A stretch of DNA of 64,000 nucleotides, taken from the NCBI GenBank assembly GCA_028826165.1, contig JAPDFW010000131.1, forward strand, positions 78,966 to 142,965, written 5' to 3'. The notes under the pieces are model-generated. The model was not told the DNA's origin. It did no database searches and worked only from the letters and a program-made list of their open reading frames with translations. The position numbers were made by a program, and so were the translations under genes. Numbering within the stretch: position 1 is the first letter of the stretch; the number at the start of each line of letters is the position of its first letter. Below are positions 25,585 through 38,815 of the stretch, one piece after another. The stretch comes from Anaeramoeba ignava BMAN. Lineage: Eukaryota > Protista > Anaeramoebae.

Positions 25585-28485
25585 ATGACAAATGTATTGG
25601 AACCAAAAACTCTTAAAGTTGTTCTTTTAGGCAATTCTCAAGTTGGAAAAGTATTTTATTTTCAATCAAGACAAAAAGAAACAAAAATTTAAAAAAAAAA
25701 TAACGGAATTTATTATTATTTTTAATTAAGAAAACAATTAAATAATTAAATAACCATTTGATTACAAAAATTAAAATTACAATTCATTTATAAAATCAAA
25801 ATTAAAATTCATTTATAAAATTAATATTAAAATTAAAATTAAAATTAAAATTCATTTATAAAATTAAAATTATAATTATAATTAAAATCAAAATTAAAAT
25901 TAAAATTAAAATTAAAATTTAAAATTAAAATTAAAATTCATTTATAAAATTAAAATTAAAATTAAAATTAAAATTAAAATTAAAATTAAAATTAAAATTC
26001 ATTTATAAAATTAATTAAAATTTTCTTTTAGAGTTGTTTACTTCATCAATTTTGTGATGGAAAATTTAATAGAAATACTATTTCAACAGCAGGTGTTGAT
26101 TTTAGATTTTCTGAACTTGTTGTTAGAGATCAAACTATAAAATTACAAATTGTATACACATTCTTTTAATAATTCAATTCCAAATGAATTTCAATTTAAA
26201 ATTAAAAATTAAAATTAAAATTAAAATTCATTTATAAAATTAAAATTAATATTAAAATTAAAATTAAAACCAAAATTAAAATTAAAATTATAATTAAAAT
26301 TAAAATCAAAATTAAAATTAATATTAATATTAAAATTAAAATTAAAATTAAAATTAAAAATTAAAATTAAAATTAAAATTAAAATTAAAATTAAAATTTA
26401 AAATCAAACCAAAATCAAAAATTAAAATTAAAATTAAAATTAAAATCTAAATTCAAATTAAAATTCATTAAAATTAAAATTAAAATTAAATTAAAATTAA
26501 AATTAAAATTAAAATTAAAAATTAAAATTTAAAATCAAAACCAAAATCAAAATTAAAATTCAAATTAAAATTCAAATTTAAATTAAAATTTAAATTAAAA
26601 TTAAAATTAAAATTAAAATTAAAATTAAAATTAAAATTAAAATTAAAATTAAAATTAAAATTAAAATTAAAATTAAAATTAAAATTAAAATTAAAATTAA
26701 AATTAAAATTAAAATTAAAATCAAAATTAAAATTAAAATTCATTTATGAAATCAAAATTAAAATTCAAAATTTAAGTGGGATACTGCTGGTAAGTTTATT
26801 AAGTTTATTTTATATAAAAATTATACAAAAAAGATGAACAATTTAATAAAATAAAAAAATAAAAAAAGGTCAAGAAAGATTTCGGACAATCACAAGTTCT
26901 TATTATCGAGATGCTGATGGAGTTATGGTTGTTTATGATATTACAAATAGACCTTCTTATGATCAAATTCAATATTGGATTAAAGATATAACAAGTAATG
27001 GTCCTCCAAATATTGCTAAAATGATTTTTGCAAATAAAAACGATCTTGATACAGATCGTAAAGTTGAAAAATCAGAAGGAGAAGTATTTAATTATTTTAT
27101 CCGATTTTACATTTAATAATTAATAATTTTAATAATAATTTTAATAATAAATTTAATAATAAATTTAATAATAATTTAATAATAATTTTAATAATAAATT
27201 TATTAATAATTTTAATAATTAATTTAATAATAAATTTAATAATTAATTTAATAATAAATTTAATAATAATTTTAATAATAAATTTAATAATAATTTTAAT
27301 AATAAATTTAATAATAATTTTATAAATAATTTTAATAATAATTTTAATAATAAATTTAATAATAATTTTAATAATAATTTTAATAATAATTTTAATAATA
27401 ATTTTTAATAATTAATTTAATAATTAATTTAATAATAATTTTAATAATAATTTTAATAATTAATTTTAATAATAAATTTATAAATAATTTTAATAATAAA
27501 TTTAATAATAATTTTAATAATAATTTTAATAATAAATAATTTTAATAAATTTAATAATAATTTTAATAATAATTTTAATAATAAATTTAATAATAATTTT
27601 AATAATAATTAAATTAATAAATTTAGTAATAAATTTTAATAATAATTTAATAATAATTTAATAATAATTTTAATAATTAATTTAATAATAAATTTATTAT
27701 TAATTTTAATAATTAATTTTAATAATAATTTTAATAATTAATTTTAATAATATTTTTAATAATAATTTTTATAATAATTTTAATAATAAATTTAATAATA
27801 ATTTTAATAATAAATTTTAATAATAATTTTAATAATTTTAATAATAATTAAATTAATAATTTTAATAATAATTTTAATAATAATTAAATTAATAATTTTA
27901 ATAATAAATTTAATAATAATTTAATAATAAATTTAATAATAATTTTTATAATAAATTAAATAATAATTTTAATAATAAATTTAATAATAAATTTAATAAT
28001 AAATTTATTAATAATTTTAATAATAAATTTAATAATAAATTTATTAATAATTTTAATAATAAATTTAATAATAATTTTTATAATAAATTTATAAATAATT
28101 TTAATAATAATTTTAATAATAATTTTAATAATAATTAAATTAATAATTTTATAATAATTTTAATAATAAATTTAATAAAAATTAATAATAATTTTAATAA
28201 TAAATTTCTATATTTTAAAAAATTTTAGAAACTTGCTTCTTCTTTAAATTGTAGTTTTTTTGAAGGAAGTGCAAAAACAGGAGAAAATGTAGGTCAAGCA
28301 TTTTTTAAACTTGCAGAACAAGCTGTTGACAGGTAAATAAAAATAAATAAATAAAAATAGATAAAAATTAATTTCAAAATTAAATTAAAATTTAAAAATA
28401 AAGAGGATTTATTCATGAACCTGAAAATGATACAGTTAAAATAAGAAAGAATTTAACTACAAAACAAAAAAGCAAATGTTGTTAA
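25585..28485 (+). CDS. Rab1/Rab8-like small GTPase, 6 exons including a 13-nt microexon
   Basis: Spliced product: MTNVLEPKTLKVVLLGNSQVGK|SCLLHQF...STAGVDF...IKLQI|WDTAG|QERFRTITSSYYRDADG...ANKND...EGE|KLA...EGSAKTG...AVD|R...KSKCC*. All introns are GT-AG. Confidence 0.9.
27115..28205. repeat. Intronic 12-bp minisatellite (AATAATAATTTT/AATAATAAATTT)
   Basis: Fills intron 4 of the Rab gene. Confidence 0.9.
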
Positions 28486-28949
28486 AGGAAAAGAAAAAAA
28501 AAAGAGGAATTTCCACAAAATAAAAATTTATTCCTTTTTTTTTTTTTAAAAAAAAAACAAAATTAAAAAACAAATTAATAAAAAATAATCTTTCTTATAA
28601 AAAGAAACAAAATTATTTTTTTTTTTCATTTTTTTTTTCATTTTTTTCTTTTTGAATTATCGTTAAATTTTTAATTTATTGTTTTTTTCTTTTATCTTTT
28701 TTTTCCTTTATTCTTTCAATATTTGTTTAAGATTTCCTTTCAAACAAATTTTATTGTTATTTTGTCTTAACAAAATTGAAAAATTTTCCTTTATTCTTTC
28801 AATATTTGTTTAAGATTTCCTTTAAAACAAATTTTATTATTATTTTTATTTATCTTAACAAAAAACTAAGAGGTTTTTATGATAGGTTGATTTTATCAAT
28901 TTATTCTTTTAATATTTGTTTAAGATTTCCTTTATTTCCTTTAAAAAAA

Positions 28950-30280
28950 GAAATTCAAATTTAAAAGGAAATTCAAAAAGAAATTAAAATTCAAATTCAA
29001 ATTCAAATTCAAATTCAAATTCAAATTCAAATTCAAATTCAAATTCAAATTCAAAGAGAAATTCAAAATGAAATTAAAAGAGAAATTCAAATCAAAAAGA
29101 AATTCAAATCAAAAAGAAATTCAAATTAAAAAAGAAATTCAAATTTAAAATGAAATTCAATTTCAAAAAGAAATTCAAATTCAAATTAAAATTCAAATTC
29201 AAATTCAAATTCAAAATTCAAATTCAAATTCAAATTCAAATTCAAATTCAAAAAGAAATTCAAAAAGAAATTCAAATTCAAATTTAAATTTAAATTCAAA
29301 ATCAAATTCAAATTCAAATTCAAAATTAAATTCAAAAAGAAATTCAAATTCAAAATGAAATTCAAATTAAATTCAAATTAAAATTCAAATTCAAATTCAA
29401 ATTCAAATTCAAATTCAAAATTAAATTCAAAAATAAATTCAATAAGAAATTAAAAGAGAAATTCAAAAAGAAATTCAAATCAAAAAGAAATTCAAATCAA
29501 AAAGAAATTCAAATTAAAAAAGAAATTCAAATTCAAATTCAAATTCAAATCCAAATTAAATTCAAATTGAAAGAGAAATTAAAAAAGAAATTAAAAGAGA
29601 AATTCAAAGAGAAATTCAAAAAGAAATTAAAAATGAAATTAAAAGAGAAATTCAAAGAGAAATTAAAAATGAAATTAAAAGAGAAATTAAAAGAGAAATT
29701 AAAAAAGAAATTCAAAATGAAATTAAAAAAGAAATTCAAAATGAAATTCAAAAAGAAATTCAAAATTAAATTCAAATTCAAATTCAAATTCAAATTCAAA
29801 AAGAAATTCAAATTCAAATTCAAAAAGAAATTCAAAAAGAAATTCAAAAAGAAATTAAAAAAGAAATTCAAAAAGAAATTAAAAGAAATTCAAATTCAAA
29901 ATTCAAATTCAAAATGAAATTAAATTCAATTTCAAATTCAAATTAAAAAAGAAATTCAAATTCAAATTCAAATTCAAATTCAAATTCAAATTCAAATTCA
30001 AATTCAAAATCAAATTCAAAATGAAATTCAAAAAGAAATTCAAATTCAAATTCAAATTAAAAAATAAATTCAAAAAGAAATTCAAAAAGAAATTCAAATT
30101 CAAATTCAAATTCAAAATTAAATTCAAAATCAAAATCAAATTCAAATTCAAATTCAAATTAAAAAAGAAATTCAAATCCAAATTCAAATTCAAATTCAAA
30201 TTCAAAAATGAAATTAAATTCAATTTCAAATTCAAATTCAATTTCAAATTCAAATTCAAAAGAGAAATTAAAAGAGAAAC
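28950..30280. repeat. Intergenic low-complexity repeat (AAATTC / AAAAAGAAATTC)
   Basis: Mixed 6- and 12-bp units over ~1.3 kb. Confidence 0.88.
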
Positions 30281-30333
30281 AATTTTCATTTTGATTTGAA
30301 ATTATTTTTATTATTTCAAAAAAAAACTTAATT

Positions 30334-33187
30334 TTAATTATTATTATCAATTAATTTTTCATTTAAATTTTGATTTAAATTTTGATTTAAATTTTGATTT
30401 TGATTTTGATTTTGATTTTCATTTAAATTTTGATTTAAATTTTCATTTTGATTTAAATTTTGATTTAAATTTTCATTTAAATTTTCATCTTCATTTTCAT
30501 CTTGAAATTGTCTATAATCAGTAATTTCCAAACTTTCCATTTGTTTTGCTTGATCAATTTTTAAATGATCTGATCTATATTTCAACCATTTTCGAGATTT
30601 TTTACAAGCAATAAAAATAATCAAACAAAGAACACCCCAATGAAGAATACAACTCATAACACTTGGTTCAATAGGATTAAACCAAGTATGAGGATTATCA
30701 ATAATAGAATTAATAAACCACCACAAAAAGATTGCGATTCCTTCAAAAGGAATAAAATATTTAATAACAATCTCAAACCACTTTCCAACAGAAAAATTTA
30801 AAATAACACTTCGAAAAGAATGAGGATTCATTTTGATGATTAAAACATCCAAAAAAAGACCGGATAAAAGAAGACCATTTCCCCAAACGAAGTCTTGAAC
30901 ACTGAGAAATTTGGTGCTGATTGCGGAAGGAAGACCGAGAATAAAATTGATAATTCCGAGGAAAATGAGCGATTTTTTTCTTGAGTAATTAAGATCGGAT
31001 AAAAATTTCAACGGAACTTCAATCATTGAAATAAGAGATGAAAGAATAGCAAAAACAAGAGCCAAGAAAAAAAGGATGGCGAGGAATCTTCCGAAGCCTC
31101 CCATGCTTTCAAAGAGGACGGGGAAGAGCTTGAAAGCCAGTGCGGTGCCGGCATCACCTGAGCTAGCCATATCATCAATGATTGATTTTGATGAATTATC
31201 TTGATACATGAGACCGAATGTTGTCCCAAAAGTCAACATTCCGCACAGTAACGAGATCATGTTGTTGGTGATCGGCGTCAGGATACCTGCTTGTGCTGGA
31301 GAGTGCGACTCACGCATGTAGGTCGCATATGTCAGAAAGATACCCTGCGCCGCACTTGTGTCAAATGAATTTTGAACAATTGCGTTGAACCAAACTGACG
31401 GTTTATAAAAAAGTTTTGGATCGGGATAATAAAATGTCTTCATTCCTTGTTTGGAGTCTTTCAATGTGAGCGACTTGATAAAACATATTAAAAGTATCAC
31501 AATCAAAATGGGGACAAGAATTAAGTTCACTTTTTCAATGGATCGAATTGAGTTGTAACTTGATAGAGTTACTGCTAAAATCACAATTACAAGCATTAAA
31601 ATTGGCCAACCTTTCTCCATTTCATCAAAAACTGCTTTTGATTCTTCCATGTCTTTTGGTAAGGAGTAGAAGATTGAGTGAATGAAATAGTATAAGCACC
31701 AACCTGATAATACTGCGTAATAGAAATTGATGAATACAATACATGCAGATATGAAAAAACCAAGGAATAATCCTTTTTTTCTCAAAAAGAAGTGGAATGT
31801 GCTTGGTGTCGAGAGTTTTGTATATTTTCCCACTATTATTTATAAAATTTAAAATTATTTATAAAATTAATTATAAAATTATTTATAAAATTATTTATAA
31901 AATTATTTATAAAATTATTTATAAAATTATTTATAAATTAATTATAAAATTATTTATAAAATTATTTATAAAATTATTTATAAAATTATTTATAAAATTA
32001 AATATAAAATTGAATATAAAATTAAATATAAAATTAAATATAAAATTAATTATAAAATTATTTATAAAATTATTTATAAAATTATTTATAAATTAAATAT
32101 AAAATTATTTATAAATTAAATATAAAATTATTTATAAAATTATTTATAAAATTATTTATAAAATTATTTATAAAATTATTTATAAAATTATTTATAAAAT
32201 TATTTATAAAATTAAAATATAAAATTATTTATAAAATTAAATATAAAATTGTATATAAAATTATTTATAAAATTTAATATAAAATTAAATATAAAATTAT
32301 TTATAAAATTATTTATAAAATTTAATATAAAATTAAATATAAAATTATTTATAAAATTATTTATTAAATTATTTATTAAATTATTTATAAAATTAATTAT
32401 TAAATTAATTATAAAATTAAATATAAAATTATTTATAAAATTAATAATAAAATTAAATTATTTATAAAATTATTTATAAAATTATTTATAAAATTAATAA
32501 TAAAATTAAATATAAAATTATTTATAAAATTATTTATAAAATTAAATATAAAATTATTTATAAAATTATTTATAAAATTATTTATAAAATTAAATATAAA
32601 ATTAAATATAAAATAAATTATAAAATTAATTATAAAATTATTTATAAAATTAAATATAAAATTATTTATAAAATTATTTATAAAATTAAATATAAAATTA
32701 TTTATAAAATTAATTATTAAATTATTTATAAAATTATTTATAAAATTAAATATAAAATTAATTATAAAATTATTTATAAAATTCTTGATAAAATTCTTGA
32801 TAAAGTTGTTTATGAAGTTGTTTAAATTCGTTTCTAAAATTTTGATTCTTGAAATACAAACAGCCATATTCAGAAATTATTAAAGGAATAGACCAAACAA
32901 ATAAAAACATAAGCCATAAAATTAAAAAAACACCAGAACCAGTTCCATTCGAATCAGATAAAGAAAGAGCAACAACTGGATAAAAAAATCAAAAAAAAAT
33001 TTTTTTACATTTTCAAATTAAAATTAATTTTTATCTAAAATTTACTTCTTGGAAATCTCCATGTATTTCCTATTCCAACTGCAGCTCCTAATGAAGATAA
33101 AAATAATAATAAACGATTTGTAAAAACTGGATTTTTTGATTTTGTTTTCATTGCAAAATCATCTTGATTTGAATCTTCAGAACTCAT
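30334..33187 (-). CDS. Neurotransmitter:sodium symporter (NSS/SNF, SLC6-like) transporter, 3 exons
   Basis: Exon 1 has the TM1 signature 'SSLGAAVGIGNTWRFPR'. Exon 2 'GSGVFLILW...SIPLIISEYG' splices to 'LGKYT'. Further motifs are 'FYYAVLSGW', 'IEKVN', 'LAF..FP' and 'SSLISMIEVP', with ~12 hydrophobic segments. Confidence 0.9.
31840..32800. repeat. Intronic 12-bp minisatellite (ATAAAATTATTT)
   Basis: Fills intron 2 of the NSS transporter. Confidence 0.9.
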
Positions 33188-33341
33188 AATTTAATTTAAT
33201 TTAATTTAATTGTTATTTTAATTTTATTTTAATATTAATAAAAAAATGAAAAATAAAAAATTGGAAAATCTTAATTATTTTTTTTTTAATTATTTTAATA
33301 AAAAAAATTGAACAAAATTTTCCTTTTTAGATAAAAAAAAA

Positions 33342-35411
33342 TTAATTCAAATTCATTTTAGAATTAAATTCAGAATCCAATTTTGCTTGATCAAATATTT
33401 GTTGAGCATAATTTTGAAGATCTTTTAATTGTTTTGAAATGTATAATTTTAAGTTAGTTAAATCTTCAAGAATTGGAAACAAATCTTTTTGCCAAATTGA
33501 TTGTTCTTCTTGAGATTTTTGAATAAATCGATTGAATTCATCTGTTAAAGATTGCAGTTGATTTTGTTTTTGCAAAATTCGCGAAGATCCATCTTTTTGG
33601 ATCTGCGAAATTTCATCTTGTAGTGCTTTTTGTTGATTTTCCAATTCTTGATGATAGAAAAATAGCTCTTCTTTGAACTTATTATATTGTTGTTCATTTT
33701 TATCATTTTCATTTTGAAGTTGAAAAATATGAGTTTTTTTTTCGTTAATTTGAGAATCCAAATGATTCTGCTTTTCGCGCAACTGAGTAATGTCGTTTTG
33801 GATCTGTTGGGAATTGCGATTGAAATACTCGGCGAGATTAGTCAATCCTTGTTTGATTTGGGGCAAATTATCTGACAGCAAAGAAATCCCATTTTGGAGT
33901 GAATTTTGATTTTGTTTGGAAAAAGTATGTTCCGTTGAATCATCGATATCCTTCAGCGAGACTTGATTGGAATTGTAATCGCGGTTGATGGACAGTTGAT
34001 AGTTGATGCCGTCGGTGTTGTTTTTGGCGCCCGAAGGGATCAAACGAAGAGTCATTGCGGATTGGTGATATTCACTCAATAATTTTTCCAATTCATCCAT
34101 TTTATTTGAAACATTGATTTCCAAATCCCATGTTTTCTTCTTGATCTCCTGTTTGTGTTTTTCCACAGTCGCGATCGACTCTTCCATCTGTTTTTTTCGG
34201 ATCATCATTCTTTGGTGGTCCTCCACGCTGATGTTCTGCGAACCAATCTCCTCCTGAAGCTGAGCTTTGCTTTGCAGAACACGTTGATATTCGGTGTTTA
34301 GTAACTGATTTTCTTGTTGTAGTTTCACACAGTAATTCTCCAAGTTGCTGTTCTGGAAGGTAACATTGTTTGTCTCTTTTTGGAGATCGAAAATCTCTTC
34401 CTGCATTTGCTTCTTCTGGCCCTCAAGCTGCTGCATATTGGAGAAGGCGGATTCGGAACTTTGGATGTGATTTTGAAGTTGAGAAATTTGTTCATTGAGT
34501 TCCTCAATTTCCTTGAGAACAAACTGGTTTTTTTGAGAGAACTCATCCTCAAGCTCCTTTTCGAGGTTCTGGAACTGCTCATCTTCGCCAGACATGAAGC
34601 ACTGGTATATCTTAGTCAAGTATTCAAAAAAAGCTAGTTCATTTGCTTGTGGTTCAATAGTGGCATCTTGCAGATCTAATGTTGGCTCGCCATCAAGCAC
34701 CGCTCCCGAATTGGGCTGAGAAACCTGCTCGTCATATGTCAGTAACTCAACCAACCAGGCCAGCGCTGCAAGAAGTGATGGCCACGCATGAGGCGATCCG
34801 ACTGCGTGCAAGGATGATTTGTTAATGATAAAAGGATATTTTAATCTTTTGAAAATCAAAGGAACATCATTTTCCCATTTTGTCCCGAAAGTGAAAAGCG
34901 GGTCGATTTGTTGATACAGAAACTCCAGAATGGACGCGAAATCCTTCGCAGTTGGCTCTTTAAGCATCTTCGTTGTCACTGTTTTGCTGTAGCTGTGATT
35001 GCTCAAATAGCGAATGATGTTCCGTATTTGTTTTTCTTGATATTGCTTGTCCCGAATAGGTCTTGGATCGTCCATTTGCTTACTTTGATTCGGATTCACA
35101 AATACACTCGATTTTCGTGCTTGTGTTTTTCTTTTGGGAACAACTTCCGATTGTCTTGTTGGTTTCGCTTTGAGCATCCTTTTCGGTTTGGATCGTTCGA
35201 TTTCTGATTGTCTTGGTTTATTTCCTTCTTTTTTTCGTGGCTTTTTGATCGTTACTTTTTTCCGAATTGGTTTCTCCATGTTTGTTGATCTTTTTTTTTT
35301 GTTTTGATTTCCATTTCCATTTCCATTTCCATTTCCATTTCCATTTCCATTTCTGTTTCGAAGTATATTTGATGGTCTTTCGTTTTGATTCATAATTGTT
35401 CTTGTATTCAT
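33342..35411 (-). CDS. NDC80: Kinetochore protein NDC80/HEC1
   Basis: Basic N-terminal tail, CH-domain motifs 'DPRPIRDKQYQ', 'PTAKDF..ILEFLYQQIDP', 'LKYPFIINKSSLHAVGSPHAWPSLLAALAWLVEL', then a long coiled coil. Confidence 0.95.
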   Translation of the reverse strand: MNTRTIMNQNERPSNILRNRNGNGNGNGNGNGNGNQNKKKRSTNMEKPIRKKVTIKKPRKKEGNKPRQSEIERSKPKRMLKAKPTRQSEVVPKRKTQARKSSVFVNPNQSKQMDDPRPIRDKQYQEKQIRNIIRYLSNHSYSKTVTTKMLKEPTAKDFASILEFLYQQIDPLFTFGTKWENDVPLIFKRLKYPFIINKSSLHAVGSPHAWPSLLAALAWLVELLTYDEQVSQPNSGAVLDGEPTLDLQDATIEPQANELAFFEYLTKIYQCFMSGEDEQFQNLEKELEDEFSQKNQFVLKEIEELNEQISQLQNHIQSSESAFSNMQQLEGQKKQMQEEIFDLQKETNNVTFQNSNLENYCVKLQQENQLLNTEYQRVLQSKAQLQEEIGSQNISVEDHQRMMIRKKQMEESIATVEKHKQEIKKKTWDLEINVSNKMDELEKLLSEYHQSAMTLRLIPSGAKNNTDGINYQLSINRDYNSNQVSLKDIDDSTEHTFSKQNQNSLQNGISLLSDNLPQIKQGLTNLAEYFNRNSQQIQNDITQLREKQNHLDSQINEKKTHIFQLQNENDKNEQQYNKFKEELFFYHQELENQQKALQDEISQIQKDGSSRILQKQNQLQSLTDEFNRFIQKSQEEQSIWQKDLFPILEDLTNLKLYISKQLKDLQNYAQQIFDQAKLDSEFNSKMNLN

Positions 35412-35617
35412 TTATAAAAATTTAAAAAGAAAAAAATAATTTTAAAATATAAAAAAGAAAAAATTTAAATTAAAAAAATAAAAAAAAACCGTTAAAATTA
35501 AAATTAAAATTAAAATTAAAATTAAAATTAAAATTAAAATTAAAATTAAAATTAAAATAACCGTTAAAATCTTTTTTCATTTTTTTTCTTTTCAAATTTA
35601 AACCAAAATTAAGAAAG

Positions 35618-35701
35618 GAAAATGAAAAACAAATTAAACAAATTTCATCAAGTTTATCTTCAACAATTTTCCTTTTTAAAAATGGAAAAGCAATAGAATA
35701 T
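35618..35701 (+). pseudogene. RCC1-BTB family gene fragment, 5' of the transposon insertion
   Basis: Reads ENEKQIKQISSSLSSTIFLFKNGKAIEY, matching residues ~36-63 of the array genes. The normal first ~35 codons are absent. Confidence 0.9.
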
Positions 35702-38004
35702 GGTAGGGGTAAATTTGACCTATTTTGATCTACTGCCTATTTTTATCTACTTTTTTTACAATTTTTTTGATTTTCATTTTAAACACATTTTTGATGCTTA
35801 ATTCTGATTAAAATAATTCTCTTTTCATCAATTTCCCTTATCACAATTCAAAATATGAAAAATTTATGATCTATTTTTTATTTTTTTTTTGGTGCAAACA
35901 ATTTAGAAGCAAACATAAATCAATTTTATTTATATAATTACTTCTCATTATTATGTTTAATTTTCCTTTTTTAATTCAGAATCCCGAAATAATTACACTG
36001 AAATATTCATTCCCATTTTTTCATTTTTTTGATTCTCTTTAAAATATTTTTCTGCTTCATAAATCCTCACTTTCTTCAAGTTAACTATCTTTTTTTTTAT
36101 TTAATTTCTTTTTTTCTTATTTCTTCTCCTAATTACTTTTCTCATTTTGTTTTATTTAATATATCTTTTTCATTCTCAAAAAAAATTATTTGCTCTTAAT
36201 TGTTATTCTTTTTCATATTTTTTCTTAAATTAGATATTTCATCTATCTTTGCTTTTGATTATTTTTTACCATTTAATTAATTTTTTATTTTCCAACTCTA
36301 TTTTCACTTATTATTTTATCAATCTATTCAGATCATTTGCAAATAATATCTCACAAATTTAAGATGAATTTTTCCTTTATTCCAATAATTCAAAAAAGTT
36401 ATCAAGTTTAAATTTCCAAAAAGCTCTCAATTTTTTCTTCAAGATATTTAAATTTTAATTTTATGTCTTGCTCTTTTTAATTTAATTCTCTTTTTCTAAA
36501 TTTTGATTACTCAGCTCTAAAAAATATCATTTTTTCAATAAAGAAATATCAAGTTTTTTTATTTACTTTTTTTAAATATTAATTACAAACATGTAATAGT
36601 AATTTTGGAAATTCATTTTTGTTGTTTATTCTCTACTTTTTATTGTATTCAAAAATGAAATAAATTGAGTAAATTCAAAATACTCATATTTTCTTTTTTT
36701 TTGTTGTCTCAAATAAAATCTTAAGTTTTAATATTTTTAATAAATATCTCCCAGAAATATTCTTTTATTATTTGATTTTTAATTGATTTATATTCCTGAA
36801 GCTTTAATTATAAGTTTTATTTTCTTGATTAAATCATATTAAATAATTTCATAAATTATTAAAATATTCTTTTATTATTTTCGATAATTAATTCTATATT
36901 CATAAAAGTTTTTTTGTAATATTTTTTTATATTTATTTATTTTAGAATGTTTTATTTTTTTAATCTTAATTTTTATCTTCACAAATCAAAAATTAAATTA
37001 AAAAAATAAAATCGGAAAAAAATAATAAAATAAAGATTTTTCTTAAAGTTTATAATTTAAAAGAAATTCCAATTTAATCAAAAAAAAACTATTTTTATTA
37101 TGATTGAATGAATTTTAAATTATAAATTTTTTTTATTTAATTATTTAATTCAAAAAATCAAATTGTTTTTTAATTTAAAGTTTCCATTTTTATTTTTTTT
37201 GGAGTTTAATTTTCATTTACTTTGATAGAAATATAAAGATTTTATCAATTTATAGAATTCAGTTTAATATTATATTCATTGTTTAAAAATTCTGAAAATT
37301 ATTTCAAATTAGAGAATTAGAAAGAATTAAATCAATTTTAATCTGAATCAAAATCTAATTTCACTTTTGTTATTATTAATTTTATAATTGAATTGAAACC
37401 ATTTCATTCTTTTTTTTGATAAATTTGATTTTAATTAAGAAATAAAATATATTTAAAACATCTCTTATGACTCTCTAATATTTATTTTTTAAATAATATA
37501 TTAAATTAATCCTTAAATATTTCTTGATTTTTTTATTCCAAATTTTTTTTAAATTCTTTTTTTAAAATTATTCAAAATATCAATTTTCATTCTGATAAAT
37601 ATAAAAATACCTAAATAAGTAAAAATTCTTATTTTAATTAATATCTGAAATCAAATTACAAATTAATTATTTATTAAAATTATTAAAAATAGTTGAAATA
37701 AATTTATTAATTTTTTTTAATTTCTTTTCAAAATTTATAATATTTAGCATTTGAATATAAGAATTGGAAGAATAAAAATTAAGATAAAAATAAATAAATG
37801 TTCATTAATTATAATTTTAAAATTGAATTTGATTTAATATAAAATATTTATTATCCAAAAAAAGAAAAAAAATGGATTTGATTATTTTTTTTTGAGTTAT
37901 AAAAATATCATAATTTTTGATTTAAATTGAATAAATAATTTCCATTAAAAATTAAATTCAAGTAATTTTAAGAAAATTGGAATTTTTTTTGATTTTTTTT
38001 GATT

Positions 38005-38815
38005 TTTTTTCTCAATAAAGAAAATCTATTTAAAAACAATTTTATTTCTTTTCTTTTTTTTGTTCTTATTTCTTTTTATACAAAATCTTTAATTAAAATT
38101 AGAAAGTTTTTTAATTATTAATTTTATTTTAAATTTATGTTATTTTATAAATTATTTTTAATTCCAGATTTTTTTTTCAATAAAGAAAATCTATTTAAAA
38201 ATAATTTTATTTCTTTTCTTTTTGTTCTTATTTCTTTTTATATAAAATATTTAATTAAAATTAGAAAGTTTTTTAATTTTTAATTTTATTTTAAATTTAT
38301 GTTATTTTATAAATTATTTTTAATTCCAAATTTTTTTTTCAATAAAGAAAATCTAATTAAAAATAATTTTATTTCTTTCTTTTTGTTCTTATTTCTTTTT
38401 ATATAAAATATTTAATTAAAATTAGAAAGTTTTTTAATTTTTAATTTTATTTTAAATTAATGTTATTTTATAAATTATTTTTAATTCCAATTTTTTTTTT
38501 CTCAATAAAGAAAATCTAATTAAAAACAATTTTATTTCTTTCTTTTTTGATCTTATTTCTTTTTAATAAAATCTTTAATTAATTTAGAAAGTTTTTTAAT
38601 TTTTAATTTTATTTTAAATTAATGTTATTTTATAAATTATTTTTAATTTCAGATTTTTTTTTTCAATAAAGAAAATATATTTAAAAACAATTTTATTTCT
38701 TTCTTTTTTTGTTATTTCTTTTTATATAAAATCTTTAATTAAAATTGGAAAGTTTTTTAATTATTAATTTTATTTTAAATTAATGTTATTTTATAAATTA
38801 TTTTTAATTCCAATT
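38005..38815. repeat. ~163-bp tandem repeat, 5 copies, inside the MULE
   Basis: CAATAAAGAAAAT recurs at ~38013, 38178, 38340, 38503 and 38664. Confidence 0.9.

Noticed and set aside
29545-30350. Several 60-126-aa ORFs (KFKF, LNLN)
   Set aside because: Low-complexity repeat translations.
33342-35411. Elevated G+C of NDC80 as a sign of foreign origin
   Set aside because: It is a core eukaryotic kinetochore gene, so the composition more likely reflects codon usage variation.
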